A stretch of DNA of 64,000 bases from Thermoanaerobaculia bacterium (GCA_036005845.1 DASYQD010000018.1:13333-77332), one strand, 5' to 3'; positions 1 through 10,893 are shown, counted from the stretch's first letter. Program-made: numbers and translations. Notes: generated from the sequence alone by a model not told the origin.

Positions 1-497
1 AGCGAGATGTGGCGACCGACGGCCTCGGCGGCGGTGTAGCCGAACAGCCGCTCGGCGCCGGCGTTCCAGCTCTGGACGATGCCGTCGAGCGACTTGCGGA
101 CGATGGCGTCGTCCGAGGACTCGACGATCGAGGCCAGCAGGCGCGACAGCTCGCCGCGCTCGGCGGCGCGCGCATGGGCGCGCCGGGCCGCCTCGCCGAT
201 GGCGATGATGAGCGCGCAGGTGAACAGATAGGCGACGAGCCCCACCACGTTGACGACGTGGTCGAGGCTGAGCTGGCCCCGCGGCGCCATGAACAGCCAG
301 GTACAGGCGGGATAGCCGAGAAGCGTCGTGAGGAGCGCCGGACCCCAGCCGCCCACCCAGACGGCTACCGCGACGGCCCCGAAGAGAGTGACGAGGGGCA
401 GCGAATCGCCCAGCCACGGGTCGAGCAGCCAGCGCAGGCCGATGGCAGCCGCCAGGGCGGCGACGGCCAGCACGTAGGCGCGAAACGGGCCTCGCAC
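1..497 (-). CDS. PAS-domain sensor protein, probably a histidine kinase; N-terminal part only (gene runs off the window start)
   Basis: Manual translation of the minus strand from a GTG near 497 gives a hydrophobic N-terminus followed by a PAS-like segment ([43 protein letters not shown]). No stop codon occurs before position 1. Not in the ORF track because the stop is outside the window. Confidence 0.5.
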   Translation of the reverse strand, partial: MRGPFRAYVLAVAALAAAIGLRWLLDPWLGDSLPLVTLFGAVAVAVWVGGWGPALLTTLLGYPACTWLFMAPRGQLSLDHVVNVVGLVAYLFTCALIIAIGEAARRAHARAAERGELSRLLASIVESSDDAIVRKSLDGIVQSWNAGAERLFGYTAAEAVGRHIS

Positions 498-609
498 GGG
501 GGTTGTCTCGCCCACGATCTTGCAAGGAGAAAGCCAGTCAGCCGGCCCGCGCCTCGAGAACGGCGGCGCCCCGCCTCGTGCGGGCTACGCCCCGATCAGA
601 GCCTAAGAG

Positions 610-1416
610 CTACTGCCAGAACTCGTCGCCGCCCGACGAGGCTGCCGTCGTCGACTCCTGCTTGAGCCAAGCGTCGAACTCGGCGGCCGGGTGGACGGTG
701 ACGAAGCCGCGCATCTTCGAGTGGCCGATGCCGCAGAGCTGCGCGCAGGCGATCTCGTAGTCGTACTTGGGGTCGCCGGTCTTCTCGCGCACGCCGGCCG
801 TGGTGAGCGTCGGTATGAACCAGAGCGGGATCGAGAGGCCGGGGATGGCGTCTTGCTTCACCCGGAACTCGTTGAGCATGAAGCTGTGGATGACGTCCTT
901 GCTGCGCAGCCGCACGATCACCGGCCGGCCGGCGGGCAGGTGGAGCTGGTTGACGGTGGTGACGTCGTCCTTGCCGTTCGGGTCCTTGCGGTCGAGGCCC
1001 AGCGGGTTGGTGGAGACGTCGACCAGCTCGGGCCTGGTGCGACCGAAGATGCCGTCGTTGCCGGCGTAGTGGATGTTCCAGGCGAACTGCTCGCCGGTGA
1101 CCTGCACCTCGAGCGCCTGGTCCTCGGGCGGGAACTTGTCGACGCGCTGCGACCAGAGCGGGATGGAGTAGCCGAAGAGCAGAATCAGCTCGGCGACGAC
1201 GACGCCCCACTCGACCCAGCGGGTGGCGTGCGTGCGCAGGCCCTCGTACTGCGCCTGCGGATGGCGCGAGCGGCGGAAGCGCACCAGCATGTAGAGGAAG
1301 AAGGCGCTCCAGCCGACGAACATGACGAACATCAGGATGTGCACCCACGTCGTCACGGCGTCGATGTCGTGGGCGTGGGCGGAGGCTTCGAGAGGCAGTC
1401 CGAGCCAGTTGCTCAT
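610..1416 (-). CDS. coxB: cytochrome c oxidase subunit II, aa3-type (CuA site, no haem-c domain)
   Basis: 268 aa with two N-terminal TM helices and the CuA motif H...CAQLCGIGHSKM. No CXXCH motif, so it differs from the caa3-type CoxB at 12525..13562. Confidence 0.9.
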   Translation of the reverse strand: MSNWLGLPLEASAHAHDIDAVTTWVHILMFVMFVGWSAFFLYMLVRFRRSRHPQAQYEGLRTHATRWVEWGVVVAELILLFGYSIPLWSQRVDKFPPEDQALEVQVTGEQFAWNIHYAGNDGIFGRTRPELVDVSTNPLGLDRKDPNGKDDVTTVNQLHLPAGRPVIVRLRSKDVIHSFMLNEFRVKQDAIPGLSIPLWFIPTLTTAGVREKTGDPKYDYEIACAQLCGIGHSKMRGFVTVHPAAEFDAWLKQESTTAASSGGDEFWQ

Positions 1417-1682
1417 GGCGTTGAGTCCTTGGATGCCGAGGGCGTTGGAGCGACGGCGTGTTCGTCGTTGGATGGTGCCGGCCCGCCGGCGGCAGCGGCG
1501 CGCAGCGCCTTGCGGCGCACGATCAGCACCATGCCGACGCCGCCGCCGAGCAGCAGGTAGGTGAGGCCGAGCAGGAAGACGATCGACAGCTTGGTGCCGT
1601 GCACCACCGGGTCCTGCGCGGCGCCCCAGCAGACGCTGCAGGCGAGCAGCATCTGGGTCTGCATCAAAGAACCAGTCACCAA
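1413..1682 (-). CDS. small 2-TM membrane protein inside the oxidase operon (function unknown)
   Basis: 89 aa with two predicted TM helices. It overlaps the stop/start of both neighbours (1413-1416 and 1676-1682), which suggests translational coupling within the cox operon. Confidence 0.4.
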   Translation of the reverse strand: MVTGSLMQTQMLLACSVCWGAAQDPVVHGTKLSIVFLLGLTYLLLGGGVGMVLIVRRKALRAAAAGGPAPSNDEHAVAPTPSASKDSTP

Positions 1683-1882
1683 GAGCTCACCTGGCGCGTC
1701 TTGCGCAGGAACCAGACCTCGTAGACGACGAGGCCCGCGGCGGCGCCGAAGGCGCCGAGCGATAGCGCCAGCCAGCCGCCGCCGCCGACGGCCTGGCGCT
1801 GGTCCCAGGCCCAGACGCCCAGCCAGAGCGCGAGCAGCACGGCGGCGCTGATGAAGATCACGTGGAATGCCTTGAGCGACAC
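1676..1882 (-). CDS. small 2-TM membrane protein inside the oxidase operon (function unknown)
   Basis: 68 aa, two hydrophobic helices. Lies between the coxIV-like gene and coxB. Confidence 0.4.
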   Translation of the reverse strand: MSLKAFHVIFISAAVLLALWLGVWAWDQRQAVGGGGWLALSLGAFGAAAGLVVYEVWFLRKTRQVSSW

Positions 1883-1892
1883 CGGTTCCGGC

Positions 1893-2234
1893 TCAGTGGA
1901 TGGGATTGATCTCGTTGAGCTCGGTGATGGTCGGCCCGAGCAGCACGCCGAAGAAGAAGAACACCGTCGCCAGCATGAGGATGAGGATGAGCTTGCGCTC
2001 CGAGATCAGGTGCATGAAGTAGCAGGCCACCAGCGACCCCTTCACCAGGGCGATGGCGAGGGCGACGAGAATGGCCGGCACCGTCGGCAGGTGCAGGTAC
2101 TTGAGCCCGACGGTCACCAGCGTCAGCACCATCAGGCTGCCGAACACCAGCATGTAGGTGCGGACGTGCTTCTTGAGGTCGGCGTGCAGGTGCGGGTCGC
2201 CCTGCTCGGCGGTGTCGATGTGCTGCATGGTCAC
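1893..2234 (-). CDS. ctaF: cytochrome c oxidase subunit IV (prokaryotic CtaF/CoxD family)
   Basis: 113 aa, 3 TM helices, immediately downstream of coxC. Paralogous to the product of 9786..10151. Confidence 0.65.
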   Translation of the reverse strand: MTMQHIDTAEQGDPHLHADLKKHVRTYMLVFGSLMVLTLVTVGLKYLHLPTVPAILVALAIALVKGSLVACYFMHLISERKLILILMLATVFFFFGVLLGPTITELNEINPIH

Positions 2235-2253
2235 CTCAGTGCGACATCTTCGT

Positions 2254-2877
2254 TCAGTGCGAGACCGGAGGCCCGAAGTTGAGCAGGTAGAGGACGGGGA
2301 AGAGGAAGATCCACACCAGGTCGACGAAGTGCCAGAACAGGCCGGCCACCTCCACCCGGTTGGCGAACTGCTGCGGGTCGGTCTGCATCATCTTGGCGCC
2401 GGGGAAGCCGAAGTAGAAGTTGACGCACATCCCGGCCAGCACGTGCAGCGCGTGCAGGCCGGTGAAGGTGAAGTAGCAGGCCATGAAGGTGCTGTACGAG
2501 GGCGGGTGGTGGTGCTCGAACTTGGCGGCGTACTCGAAGCTCTTGACCACCATGAAGACGGCGCCCAGGCCCACCGTGGCGCCCATGTAAAGCCGCAGCT
2601 TCTTGAGGTTGCGCTCCATCGCCGCCACCCACGACATCACCATCGTCACCGACGAGGTGATGAGCACGATGGTGTTGAGGGTGGCGAGCGGGATCGACAG
2701 CAGCTCCGAGCCCGCGCCCCACGCCGGGTTGCCGGTGCGCAGCAGGATGTAGCCGGCGAAGAGCGAGCCGAACAGCATCACCTCGGAGGAGAGGAAGAGC
2801 CAGATGCCGAGCTTGACGTTGTTGAGGCCGGTGTCCGGCCTCGCGTCGACGGTGTACGGGATTGCTGCCGTGGACAT
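2254..2877 (-). CDS. coxC: cytochrome c oxidase subunit III
   Basis: 207 aa with a typical COX3 polytopic profile (WHFVDLVWIFLFPVLY C-terminus). Confidence 0.9.
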   Translation of the reverse strand: MSTAAIPYTVDARPDTGLNNVKLGIWLFLSSEVMLFGSLFAGYILLRTGNPAWGAGSELLSIPLATLNTIVLITSSVTMVMSWVAAMERNLKKLRLYMGATVGLGAVFMVVKSFEYAAKFEHHHPPSYSTFMACYFTFTGLHALHVLAGMCVNFYFGFPGAKMMQTDPQQFANRVEVAGLFWHFVDLVWIFLFPVLYLLNFGPPVSH

Positions 2878-2886
2878 CTCAGCTCC

Positions 2887-4713
2887 TCAAGCGTGTGCGG
2901 GATGCGGAGTGCCCGGGATCGGCGACACCGTCTCCGGCCCCGGCTCGCTCTGCGGGAAGAAGTCGCCCGGATGGTCGGGCACGCTGTACTCGTAGGGGCC
3001 GCGGTAAGCGACCGGCTGCACCTCGAAGTTGCCGTGCGGCGGCGGCGACGGGGCGGACCACTCGATCGTCGTGGCGTCCCACGCGTTGGCGGGCGCCAGG
3101 GCGCCGTGGCGCTTGCTCCAGAAGAAGTTGATGATGAAGGGAATCTGCGACAGCCCCAGGCCCCAGGCCGAGAACGAGATCACCTTGTGCAGCCACAGCA
3201 CGTGCGCGGTGTGGGTGTAGCTGGCGCCGCCGTCGTAGAGCCGCCGCTGCATGCCGGCGAGGCCCTGGATGAACATCGGCATGAAGACGCCGTTGATGAA
3301 AACAAGACTGGGCCAGAAGTGCAGCTGGCCGAGCCTGGTGCTCATGTAGCGGCCGGTGGCCTTCGGATACCAGTAGTAGATGCCGGCGAAGAGCGCGAAC
3401 AGCGTCCCCGGCGCCACCACGTAATGGAAGTGGGCGATGACGTAGTAGGTGTCGTGGAAGTGGATGTCGGGGCTGGCGAGGCCGAGCGGCAGGCCGGTCA
3501 AGCCGCCGATGCCGAACATCGGCAGGAAGGCGAGCGCGAAGAGCATCGGCGGCGTGAAGCGGATCGAGCCGCCCCACAGCGACAGGATGAGGCAGGTGAG
3601 GATGATCACCGAGGGGATCGAGATGATCATCGTCGTGGTCTGGAAGAAGGTCGACATCACCGTGCCCATGCCGGTCATGAACATGTGGTGCGCCCAGACG
3701 ACGAACGACAGCGCGCCTATGGCGAGCACCGAGAAGACCAGCGGCCGGTAGCCCCACAGCGGCTTGCGCGTGTTGTTGGCGATCACCTCGGCGACGATGC
3801 CCATCGCCGGCAGGATCAGCACGTAGACCTCGGGGTGGGCGAGGAACCAGAAGAGGTGCTGCCAGAGCAGCGGCGAGCCGCCGCCGGAGACCTTGAGCAC
3901 CTGCCCGGAGACCACCAGGCCCTGCGGCAGGAAGAAGCTCGTCTTGGCGACGCGGTCCATGAGCTGCATGATGCCGGCCGCCTGCAGGGCCGGGAAGGCG
4001 AGCAGCAGCAGGAACGAGGTGACGAACTGCGCCCAGACGAAGAAGGGCAGCCGCCAGAAGGTGAGCCCCGGCGCGCGCAGCTGGATGATGGTGGTGATGA
4101 AGTTGACCGCGCCGAGCAGCGACGAGGTGATCAGGAAGAGCATGCCGAGGATCCACAGCGTCTGCCCGGTGGGGAGGATGTCCGAGAGCGGCGGGTAGGA
4201 GGTCCAGCCGCCCTGCGCCGAGCCGCCGGGGACGAAGAAGCTGCCGAGCATCACCACGCCGCCCCAGAAGTAGGCGTGGTACGAGAACATGTTGAGCCGC
4301 GGGAAGGCCATGTCGGGGGCGCCGATCTGCAAAGGCACGACGAAGTTGCCGAAGCCGCCGACGGCGAGCGGCACGACGCCCAGGAACACCATGATGGTGC
4401 CGTGCATGGCGCCGAGCTGGTTGTAGAACTCGGGCAGCATCGAGCCGCCGGGCATGCGGGTGTCGCCGAGGATCTTGCCGAGCAGCGGGATCGCCTTGCC
4501 CGGGAAGGCGAGGTTCCAGCGCATCAGCATCATCAGCGAGAAGCCGAAGAGCAGGAACAGCAGGCCGGTGAAGGCGTACTGGATGCCGATCATCTTGTGA
4601 TCGGTGGAGAAGACGTAGTGGCGCCAGAAACCGAGCTGGTGGTGCTCGAGATGCGCGTCGCCATGCGCGTGCGCCGCGGTCTCCGGGTGGGCGTGCGTCG
4701 AAACGTCGGTCAT
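2887..4713 (-). CDS. coxA: cytochrome c oxidase subunit I (haem-copper oxidase catalytic subunit)
   Basis: 608 aa with COX1 signatures (WFFGHPEVYVLILP, HHMF, conserved His ligands). Confidence 0.95.
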   Translation of the reverse strand: MTDVSTHAHPETAAHAHGDAHLEHHQLGFWRHYVFSTDHKMIGIQYAFTGLLFLLFGFSLMMLMRWNLAFPGKAIPLLGKILGDTRMPGGSMLPEFYNQLGAMHGTIMVFLGVVPLAVGGFGNFVVPLQIGAPDMAFPRLNMFSYHAYFWGGVVMLGSFFVPGGSAQGGWTSYPPLSDILPTGQTLWILGMLFLITSSLLGAVNFITTIIQLRAPGLTFWRLPFFVWAQFVTSFLLLLAFPALQAAGIMQLMDRVAKTSFFLPQGLVVSGQVLKVSGGGSPLLWQHLFWFLAHPEVYVLILPAMGIVAEVIANNTRKPLWGYRPLVFSVLAIGALSFVVWAHHMFMTGMGTVMSTFFQTTTMIISIPSVIILTCLILSLWGGSIRFTPPMLFALAFLPMFGIGGLTGLPLGLASPDIHFHDTYYVIAHFHYVVAPGTLFALFAGIYYWYPKATGRYMSTRLGQLHFWPSLVFINGVFMPMFIQGLAGMQRRLYDGGASYTHTAHVLWLHKVISFSAWGLGLSQIPFIINFFWSKRHGALAPANAWDATTIEWSAPSPPPHGNFEVQPVAYRGPYEYSVPDHPGDFFPQSEPGPETVSPIPGTPHPAHA

Positions 4714-4744
4714 CGCTCGGAGCTCCTCAGGCGTTTGCGGATCG

Positions 4745-5962
4745 CTAGACGTTCTCGAAAGCCAGGGACTCGACGAGCCGCGGATCGTTGACCGGCACCA
4801 GCGCCCGCCGCCGCAGCGTCCACGCCAGCGCGCCGGCGAAGAGCAGGCCGAGCGCGAGGAAGGTCAGCACGTCGAGCAGGCGCAGCCGCGGCCCGTCATG
4901 GTACAGGCTCGGCATGATCAGCCAGTAGATGTCCAGCCACTCCATGAGCAGCAGCCAGAGCGCCGAGGCCCAGAGCCCCCAGCGCACGCGCTTGACGTCG
5001 CGCATCAGCAGGAAGAAGAAGGGAATCACGAAGTGGCCGACGACCAGGGCGCGCGTCAGCGGCAGCCAACCCGGGTTGAGCCGCGCGGCGAACCAGTTGG
5101 TCTCCTCGGGCATGTTGGCGTACCACTGCAGCATGAACTGCGCGAAGGCGATGTAGATCCAGAAGACGACGAAGGCGAACATCAGCTTGCCGAGGTCGTG
5201 GAAGTGCTCCATCGTCACCACGCCGCCGAGGGCGCCGCGGCGCTGCAGGAGCAGCGCCAGCACGATGAGCAGCGCGAACGACGACATCGCCAGGCCGCCG
5301 AACAGGTAGCCGCCGAACACCGTCGAGTACCAGCGCGGCGACAGCGACATCACCCAGTCGAAGGAGGCGAGGGTGAGCGTGATGGCGAAGACCAGCATCG
5401 ACGGCGCCGACACCGACTGCATCCGCCGCGTGATCTGCAGCGCGCCCATGCGGTCCTGCCGCTCCGACTGCCGCCAGAACCACCAGCCGAGCAGCGACCA
5501 GAGGACGAGGTAGATCGCGGCGCGGACCACGAACGGCCCCGGCGCCAGCCACCCCGACTTGTGCGCGATGACCGGGTCGTGCGCCGCCGCCTCGCTCGCC
5601 CACGGATAGATGGCGCGGACGCCGAAGGCGATAGGCACGAAGAGGATCGCCGTCACCGGCAGGGTGGCGCCGACCGCCTCGGCCAGGCGCCGCACGACGA
5701 CGCTCCAGCCGGCGCGCGTCAGGTGCTGCAGCAGCACGAAGAAGAGCCCGCCGAGCGACAGCATGGCGAAGTAGACCCAGTTGAAGAGGTAGGAGTGGAA
5801 GAGCTGCGCTGGATCGCCTTTGCCGACGATGAACGCGACGGCGAGCAGCACGACGCCCAGCGCGCCGGCGATCAGCGGCAGCCCGCCGGCGCCCTCGCGC
5901 TTCAGAGTCACCTGCGCGCGGTCGAGCGACGGCGCGGCGTGCGCGTCGTCGCCGTGCGGCAT
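4745..5962 (-). CDS. ActF-like NrfD/PsrC-family polytopic membrane protein (paralogue of ACIII subunit ActF)
   Basis: The ORF track gives 4745..6427. The N-terminal 155 aa are low-complexity and overlap the ActD-like gene. The in-frame ATG at 5962 gives 405 aa, co-linear and similar to ActF at 15003..16223 (406 aa). Confidence 0.75.
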   Translation of the reverse strand: MPHGDDAHAAPSLDRAQVTLKREGAGGLPLIAGALGVVLLAVAFIVGKGDPAQLFHSYLFNWVYFAMLSLGGLFFVLLQHLTRAGWSVVVRRLAEAVGATLPVTAILFVPIAFGVRAIYPWASEAAAHDPVIAHKSGWLAPGPFVVRAAIYLVLWSLLGWWFWRQSERQDRMGALQITRRMQSVSAPSMLVFAITLTLASFDWVMSLSPRWYSTVFGGYLFGGLAMSSFALLIVLALLLQRRGALGGVVTMEHFHDLGKLMFAFVVFWIYIAFAQFMLQWYANMPEETNWFAARLNPGWLPLTRALVVGHFVIPFFFLLMRDVKRVRWGLWASALWLLLMEWLDIYWLIMPSLYHDGPRLRLLDVLTFLALGLLFAGALAWTLRRRALVPVNDPRLVESLAFENV

Positions 5963-5982
5963 CCCGGTGTGCGTCCCGGTGT

Positions 5983-6536
5983 TCACGCCGGCTCCTCCAC
6001 CAGCTCGACCGCCAGCGCGCCGGCGCGCTCGAGGAGCTGCACCGTGGCGCTGCGATCGAAATGCGGGTCGGCGGCTTCGATGGAGATGAAGAAGCGGTCG
6101 TCCGTCACCCGCTCGAAGCGCTTCGATTCGAAGAGCGGATGGTGGTGGCGCGGCAGCTTCGAGAAACCGAGGAAGCCGAGCACCGCGCCGGTGGCGCCGC
6201 CCAGCACGCCGCACTCGAACATGATCGGCACGAAGGCGGGCCAGCTGAAGAACGGCTTGCCGGAGATGACGAGCGGATAGGCGCGCGTCGCCACCCACCA
6301 CTGCAGGCCCATGCCCGCCGCGGCGCCGGCGAGGCCGAAGACGAGCACCGCCAGCGGCACCATCGACCGCTTGAGGCCCATCGCCTTCTCGAGGCCGTGC
6401 ACGGGGAACGGGCTGTGGGTGTCCCACTGCTCGAAGCCGGCATCGCGCACCCGCTCTGCGGCCTTGTAGAGCGCCGCCGGCGAGTCAAACTCGGCCAACG
6501 CTCCCCAGACCGTGCCGGTCGTTGCGGCCGCGGCGC

Positions 6537-6540
<4 letters not shown>
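5983..6540 (-). CDS. ActD-like membrane protein (DUF3341 family), paralogue of ACIII subunit ActD
   Basis: Only the C-terminal ~185 aa of track ORF 5983..7857 are protein-like. This part aligns with ActD at 16854..17402 (EFDSPAAL.../...SWPAFVP...). A GTG at 6540 overlaps the stop of the upstream ActC-like gene (GTGA). Confidence 0.65.
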
Positions 6541-8006
<1,466 letters not shown>

Positions 8007-8023
8007 TCAGCTCCCTCGCGTCA

Positions 8024-8056
8024 CCGCGTTTGTGGTTGGGGGCCCCGCGTTTGGTG
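8024..8056 (-). promoter_or_regulatory. direct repeat pair CCGCGTTTG(N)TG in the 155-nt leader upstream of the actC'-actD'-actF'-cox operon
   Basis: Two copies (about 8024-8035 and 8045-8056) lie 20-50 nt upstream of the ATG at 8006. Candidate regulator binding site. Confidence 0.25.
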
Positions 8057-8160
8057 CCCGCTTCTTACCAAGGGTCCGGGGGCGGGTCAAGTGGCGGCCG
8101 GCGGCGGCCGGACCGGGCCTGCGCGGAGCGTATGCCGGCGCCGCGAAGGGCCTTCCCCAG

Positions 8161-8197
8161 GTCATTGCGAGGAGCGCAGCGACGAAGCAATCTCGAC
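8161..8197. repeat. second copy (left arm only) of the 60227 palindromic element
   Basis: GTCATTGCGAGGAGCGCAGCGACGAAGCAATCTCGAC. Lies at the 3' end of the radical SAM gene, in the leader region of the cox operon. Confidence 0.5.
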
Positions 8198-9406
8198 GCT
8201 GGGAGCGCCGAAAGAGGGCGCCCGCCCGCTGCCCTGGATGGCTTCCTCCATCAGCTCCGGGGTCACTATGGGCGAACTGCGGCGGCGGGCGAAGGCCTCG
8301 ACGCCGCGCTCCACCTTGCCGCGGATGAAGGCGATGGGGATGCGCTCCAAGCGGGCGCGCGCGGCGGGGTTCCACACCAGCGGGCGTTCGTCGAGCGGCA
8401 CGCCGGTAGGGATGTAGGTGCAGCCGGGGTCCTCGGCCAGCACGTCCCCGGTGTGCGCGTAGGCGCGGCAGCGGCAGCCGCCGCAGAGGTCGCGGAATTC
8501 ACAATTGCCGCACCTGCCGCCGAGGAGCGAGGTGTCGCGCAGCGACTGCAGTAACGGCGCCTCCCGCCAGATGCGCGCGAAGCCGCCGTCGTCGCGGACG
8601 TTGCCGGCGACGGCGGTCATGTAGGGGCACGGCGTGACGTCGCCGTCGGGCGTGATGCGGCAGTAGTCGACGCCGGCCATGCAACCGCCGCTGTCGAGCC
8701 CCGCCTCGCCCTCCTCGTAGGCGATGCGCTTGAAGTGCGGCGCGCACTTGGCGCGCACGAGCATCGGCCGGTACTGCTGCTGCAGGGTGACGAGCCGGCG
8801 CAGCATCGCCTCGCCGCGGGCCGGCGGCAGCTCGTGCATCGTCTCACCGCGCCCGGTCTGGACGAGGAAGTAGAGGTTGAACGACCAGGCGCCGAGCCGC
8901 CGCGCCAGCTCGAGCAGCGGCTCGACCTCGTCGTAGTTCTCCTCCATCACCGTCGTCTGCACCAGCACCTCGAGCCCGCGCGCGCGGCAGACCTCGAGCG
9001 CGCGCACCGAGGCGGCGAAGGCGCCGCGGCCGCCGCGGAATCCGTCGTGCCGCTCGGCGTCGATCGAGTCGATGCTCACCGCCACCCCGCGCACGCCGCA
9101 CTCGACCATCCGCGCCGCCACCGCATCGGTGACCAGCACGCCGTTGGTCCCCATCACCACCCACAGGCCGGCGGCCGAAGCGGCCGAGGCGATCTCGTAA
9201 ATGTCACGGCGCAGCAGCGGCTCGCCGCCGGTGAGGATCACCATCTCCGTCCCGAGCGCCTTCATCTCCGCCAGCACCGAGAGGCACTCCTCAGTCGACA
9301 GCTCGTGCGCCGCCGCCTTCCCCGCCTCCATGTAGCAGTGCGGGCAGCGCAGATTGCAGCGCTTCGTCAGGTTCCAGGAGACGAGGGAAGGTCGGAACGA
9401 TGCCAT
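8162..9406 (-). CDS. radical SAM enzyme with C-terminal SPASM domain (AhbD/NirJ-like; possibly haem/cofactor maturation)
   Basis: N-terminal CNLRCPHC (CX3CX2C) motif and a C-terminal Cys cluster (CGNCEFRDLCGGCRC). 414 aa. Confidence 0.8.
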   Translation of the reverse strand: MASFRPSLVSWNLTKRCNLRCPHCYMEAGKAAAHELSTEECLSVLAEMKALGTEMVILTGGEPLLRRDIYEIASAASAAGLWVVMGTNGVLVTDAVAARMVECGVRGVAVSIDSIDAERHDGFRGGRGAFAASVRALEVCRARGLEVLVQTTVMEENYDEVEPLLELARRLGAWSFNLYFLVQTGRGETMHELPPARGEAMLRRLVTLQQQYRPMLVRAKCAPHFKRIAYEEGEAGLDSGGCMAGVDYCRITPDGDVTPCPYMTAVAGNVRDDGGFARIWREAPLLQSLRDTSLLGGRCGNCEFRDLCGGCRCRAYAHTGDVLAEDPGCTYIPTGVPLDERPLVWNPAARARLERIPIAFIRGKVERGVEAFARRRSSPIVTPELMEEAIQGSGRAPSFGAPSVEIASSLRSSQ

Positions 9407-9518
9407 GACAGCGTGCGGAGATCCTAGCCGCTCGCGCTAGTCGATAACATGCCCTCGTGGGTCGCTACGACAAGCTCTTCGAGGCCGTCCTCGGCGGTCG
9501 TTACAACCTGGAGCTGCC

Positions 9519-9737
9519 ATGACCGCGCACAGGTACGAGGTCATCATCTACTGGAGCGACGAAGATCGGTGCTTCGTCGCCGACGTGCCCGAACTGCCTG
9601 GCTGCATGGCGCATGGTGATTCCTACGAGGCAGCGTTGGCGAGCGCGCAAGAGGCCATCGATCTCTGGCTCGACACGGCCGCGGAGCTCAACCGGCCGAT
9701 TCCGCAACCCAAGGGCCGGCGCCTGACCTACGCCTAG
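9519..9737 (+). CDS. hicB: HicB-family antitoxin (UPF0150), apparently orphan
   Basis: 72 aa (YEVIIYWSDEDRCFVADVPELPGCMAHGDSYEEAL.. pattern typical of HicB N-domain). No intact hicA partner nearby. Confidence 0.75.
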   Translation: MTAHRYEVIIYWSDEDRCFVADVPELPGCMAHGDSYEAALASAQEAIDLWLDTAAELNRPIPQPKGRRLTYA

Positions 9738-9785
9738 GTCGGAGCCGTGGCGTGGTTGGGCCGTTGGCCGGCCGCGACCGCCTGC

Positions 9786-10151
9786 CTACTCGCGGACGCC
9801 GTAGGTCGTCTGCTGCACGCGGATCGCCGGCACGCGCCGGGCCCAGTAGTCGGACCAGGTGATGCCGAAGATGGTGAGCAGGAAGAGGATGGCGGCGACG
9901 ACGCACAGCCGCACCATGGCGGTGCTGTACTTGACGTGCATGAAGAAGAGCACCACCAGCGTCGCCTTGGTGAGCGCGATGGTGATGGCGACGACGTCGT
10001 TCCAGGGATCGCCGAGGTGGTGGAAGGCGACGAATACCGTGAGCGCCGTCAGCACCAGCAACGCACTGAACACCGCTAGGTAGGTGCTCACCGGGATGAC
10101 TTTGTGGGCGAGCGGGTAGTCGCCCGGCTTGTCGAGGTGCAACCGGGGCAC
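9786..10151 (-). CDS. ctaF: cytochrome c oxidase subunit IV (CtaF/CoxD family), second copy
   Basis: The track ORF 9786..10730 has a spurious N-terminal extension overlapping coxC. A GTG at 10151 lies directly after the coxC stop at 10154 and gives ~121 aa with 3 TM helices, homologous to 1893..2234. Confidence 0.6.
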   Translation of the reverse strand: MPRLHLDKPGDYPLAHKVIPVSTYLAVFSALLVLTALTVFVAFHHLGDPWNDVVAITIALTKATLVVLFFMHVKYSTAMVRLCVVAAILFLLTIFGITWSDYWARRVPAIRVQQTTYGVRE

Positions 10152-10153
10152 TG

Positions 10154-10867
10154 TCAATACCTCCCCAGCAGGTACAGCAGCGGGAAGAGGAAGATCCACA
10201 CGATGTCGACGAAGTGCCAGTACAACCCGAAGAGCTCTACCGGGTGCGCGTACTCGACGGTGAACTTGCCCTTCGCCGCCAGCGGGATGTAGACGAGCAG
10301 GATGCCGGCGCCGATGATCATGTGGATGGCGTGCATCCCGGTCATCGCGAAGTAGAGGCAGAAGAAGAGCTGCACGTGCCCGCCCTCGCCGGCGGGGAAG
10401 TGGGCCTGGTTGAAGTTGTAACCGGGAACGAGCCCGTGGTGGAACTTCTCGGCGTACTCGAAGTACTTGATGACCAGGAAGACGGTGCCGAGCAGCAGCG
10501 TCAGCACCAGGAACGACGTGAGCAGCTTGCGCCGCCCGGTCTGTGCCGACCACACTGCCATGGCCATGGTGAGCGACGAGGTGATGAGCACCGCGGTGTT
10601 GATGCCGCCGAGCAGGATATTGAGCTGGTGGCTGCCGAGGTGGAAGGCCTGCGGATAGAGGAAGCGGTAGACGAGGTAGGCGGTGAAGAGGCCGCCGAAG
10701 AACATCGCCTCCTGCGCCACAAACGCCCACATGCCCAGCGTCGAGGCGTCGCGCTGCTGGTCGAGGCTGTCGAAGTGGTGCTGCAGCACGCCGGCGTGCG
10801 CGTGCGCGTCGGGCGCATGCGTATCGGACGGCACGATGCCGCCGTGCGGCCGGGCGTCAGCGGCCAC
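10154..10867 (-). CDS. coxC: cytochrome c oxidase subunit III
   Basis: 237 aa with COX3 profile ([18 protein letters not shown]). Confidence 0.9.
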   Translation of the reverse strand: MAADARPHGGIVPSDTHAPDAHAHAGVLQHHFDSLDQQRDASTLGMWAFVAQEAMFFGGLFTAYLVYRFLYPQAFHLGSHQLNILLGGINTAVLITSSLTMAMAVWSAQTGRRKLLTSFLVLTLLLGTVFLVIKYFEYAEKFHHGLVPGYNFNQAHFPAGEGGHVQLFFCLYFAMTGMHAIHMIIGAGILLVYIPLAAKGKFTVEYAHPVELFGLYWHFVDIVWIFLFPLLYLLGRY

Positions 10868-10893
10868 GGTGGCCCCCCTCTCCGCGCGCCGCC

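Noticed and set aside
2158-4791. 877-aa plus-strand ORF (and many other long ORFs such as 9..665, 4898..6280, 18883..21834, 19637..21895, 33473+ N-terminus, 52397..55369)
   Set aside because: Antisense or alternate-frame readings through bona fide genes (coxA/coxC, actB, msrA etc.). Arg/Ala/Gly/Glu/Asp-rich low-complexity composition typical of stop-poor frames in 70% GC DNA. No motifs.
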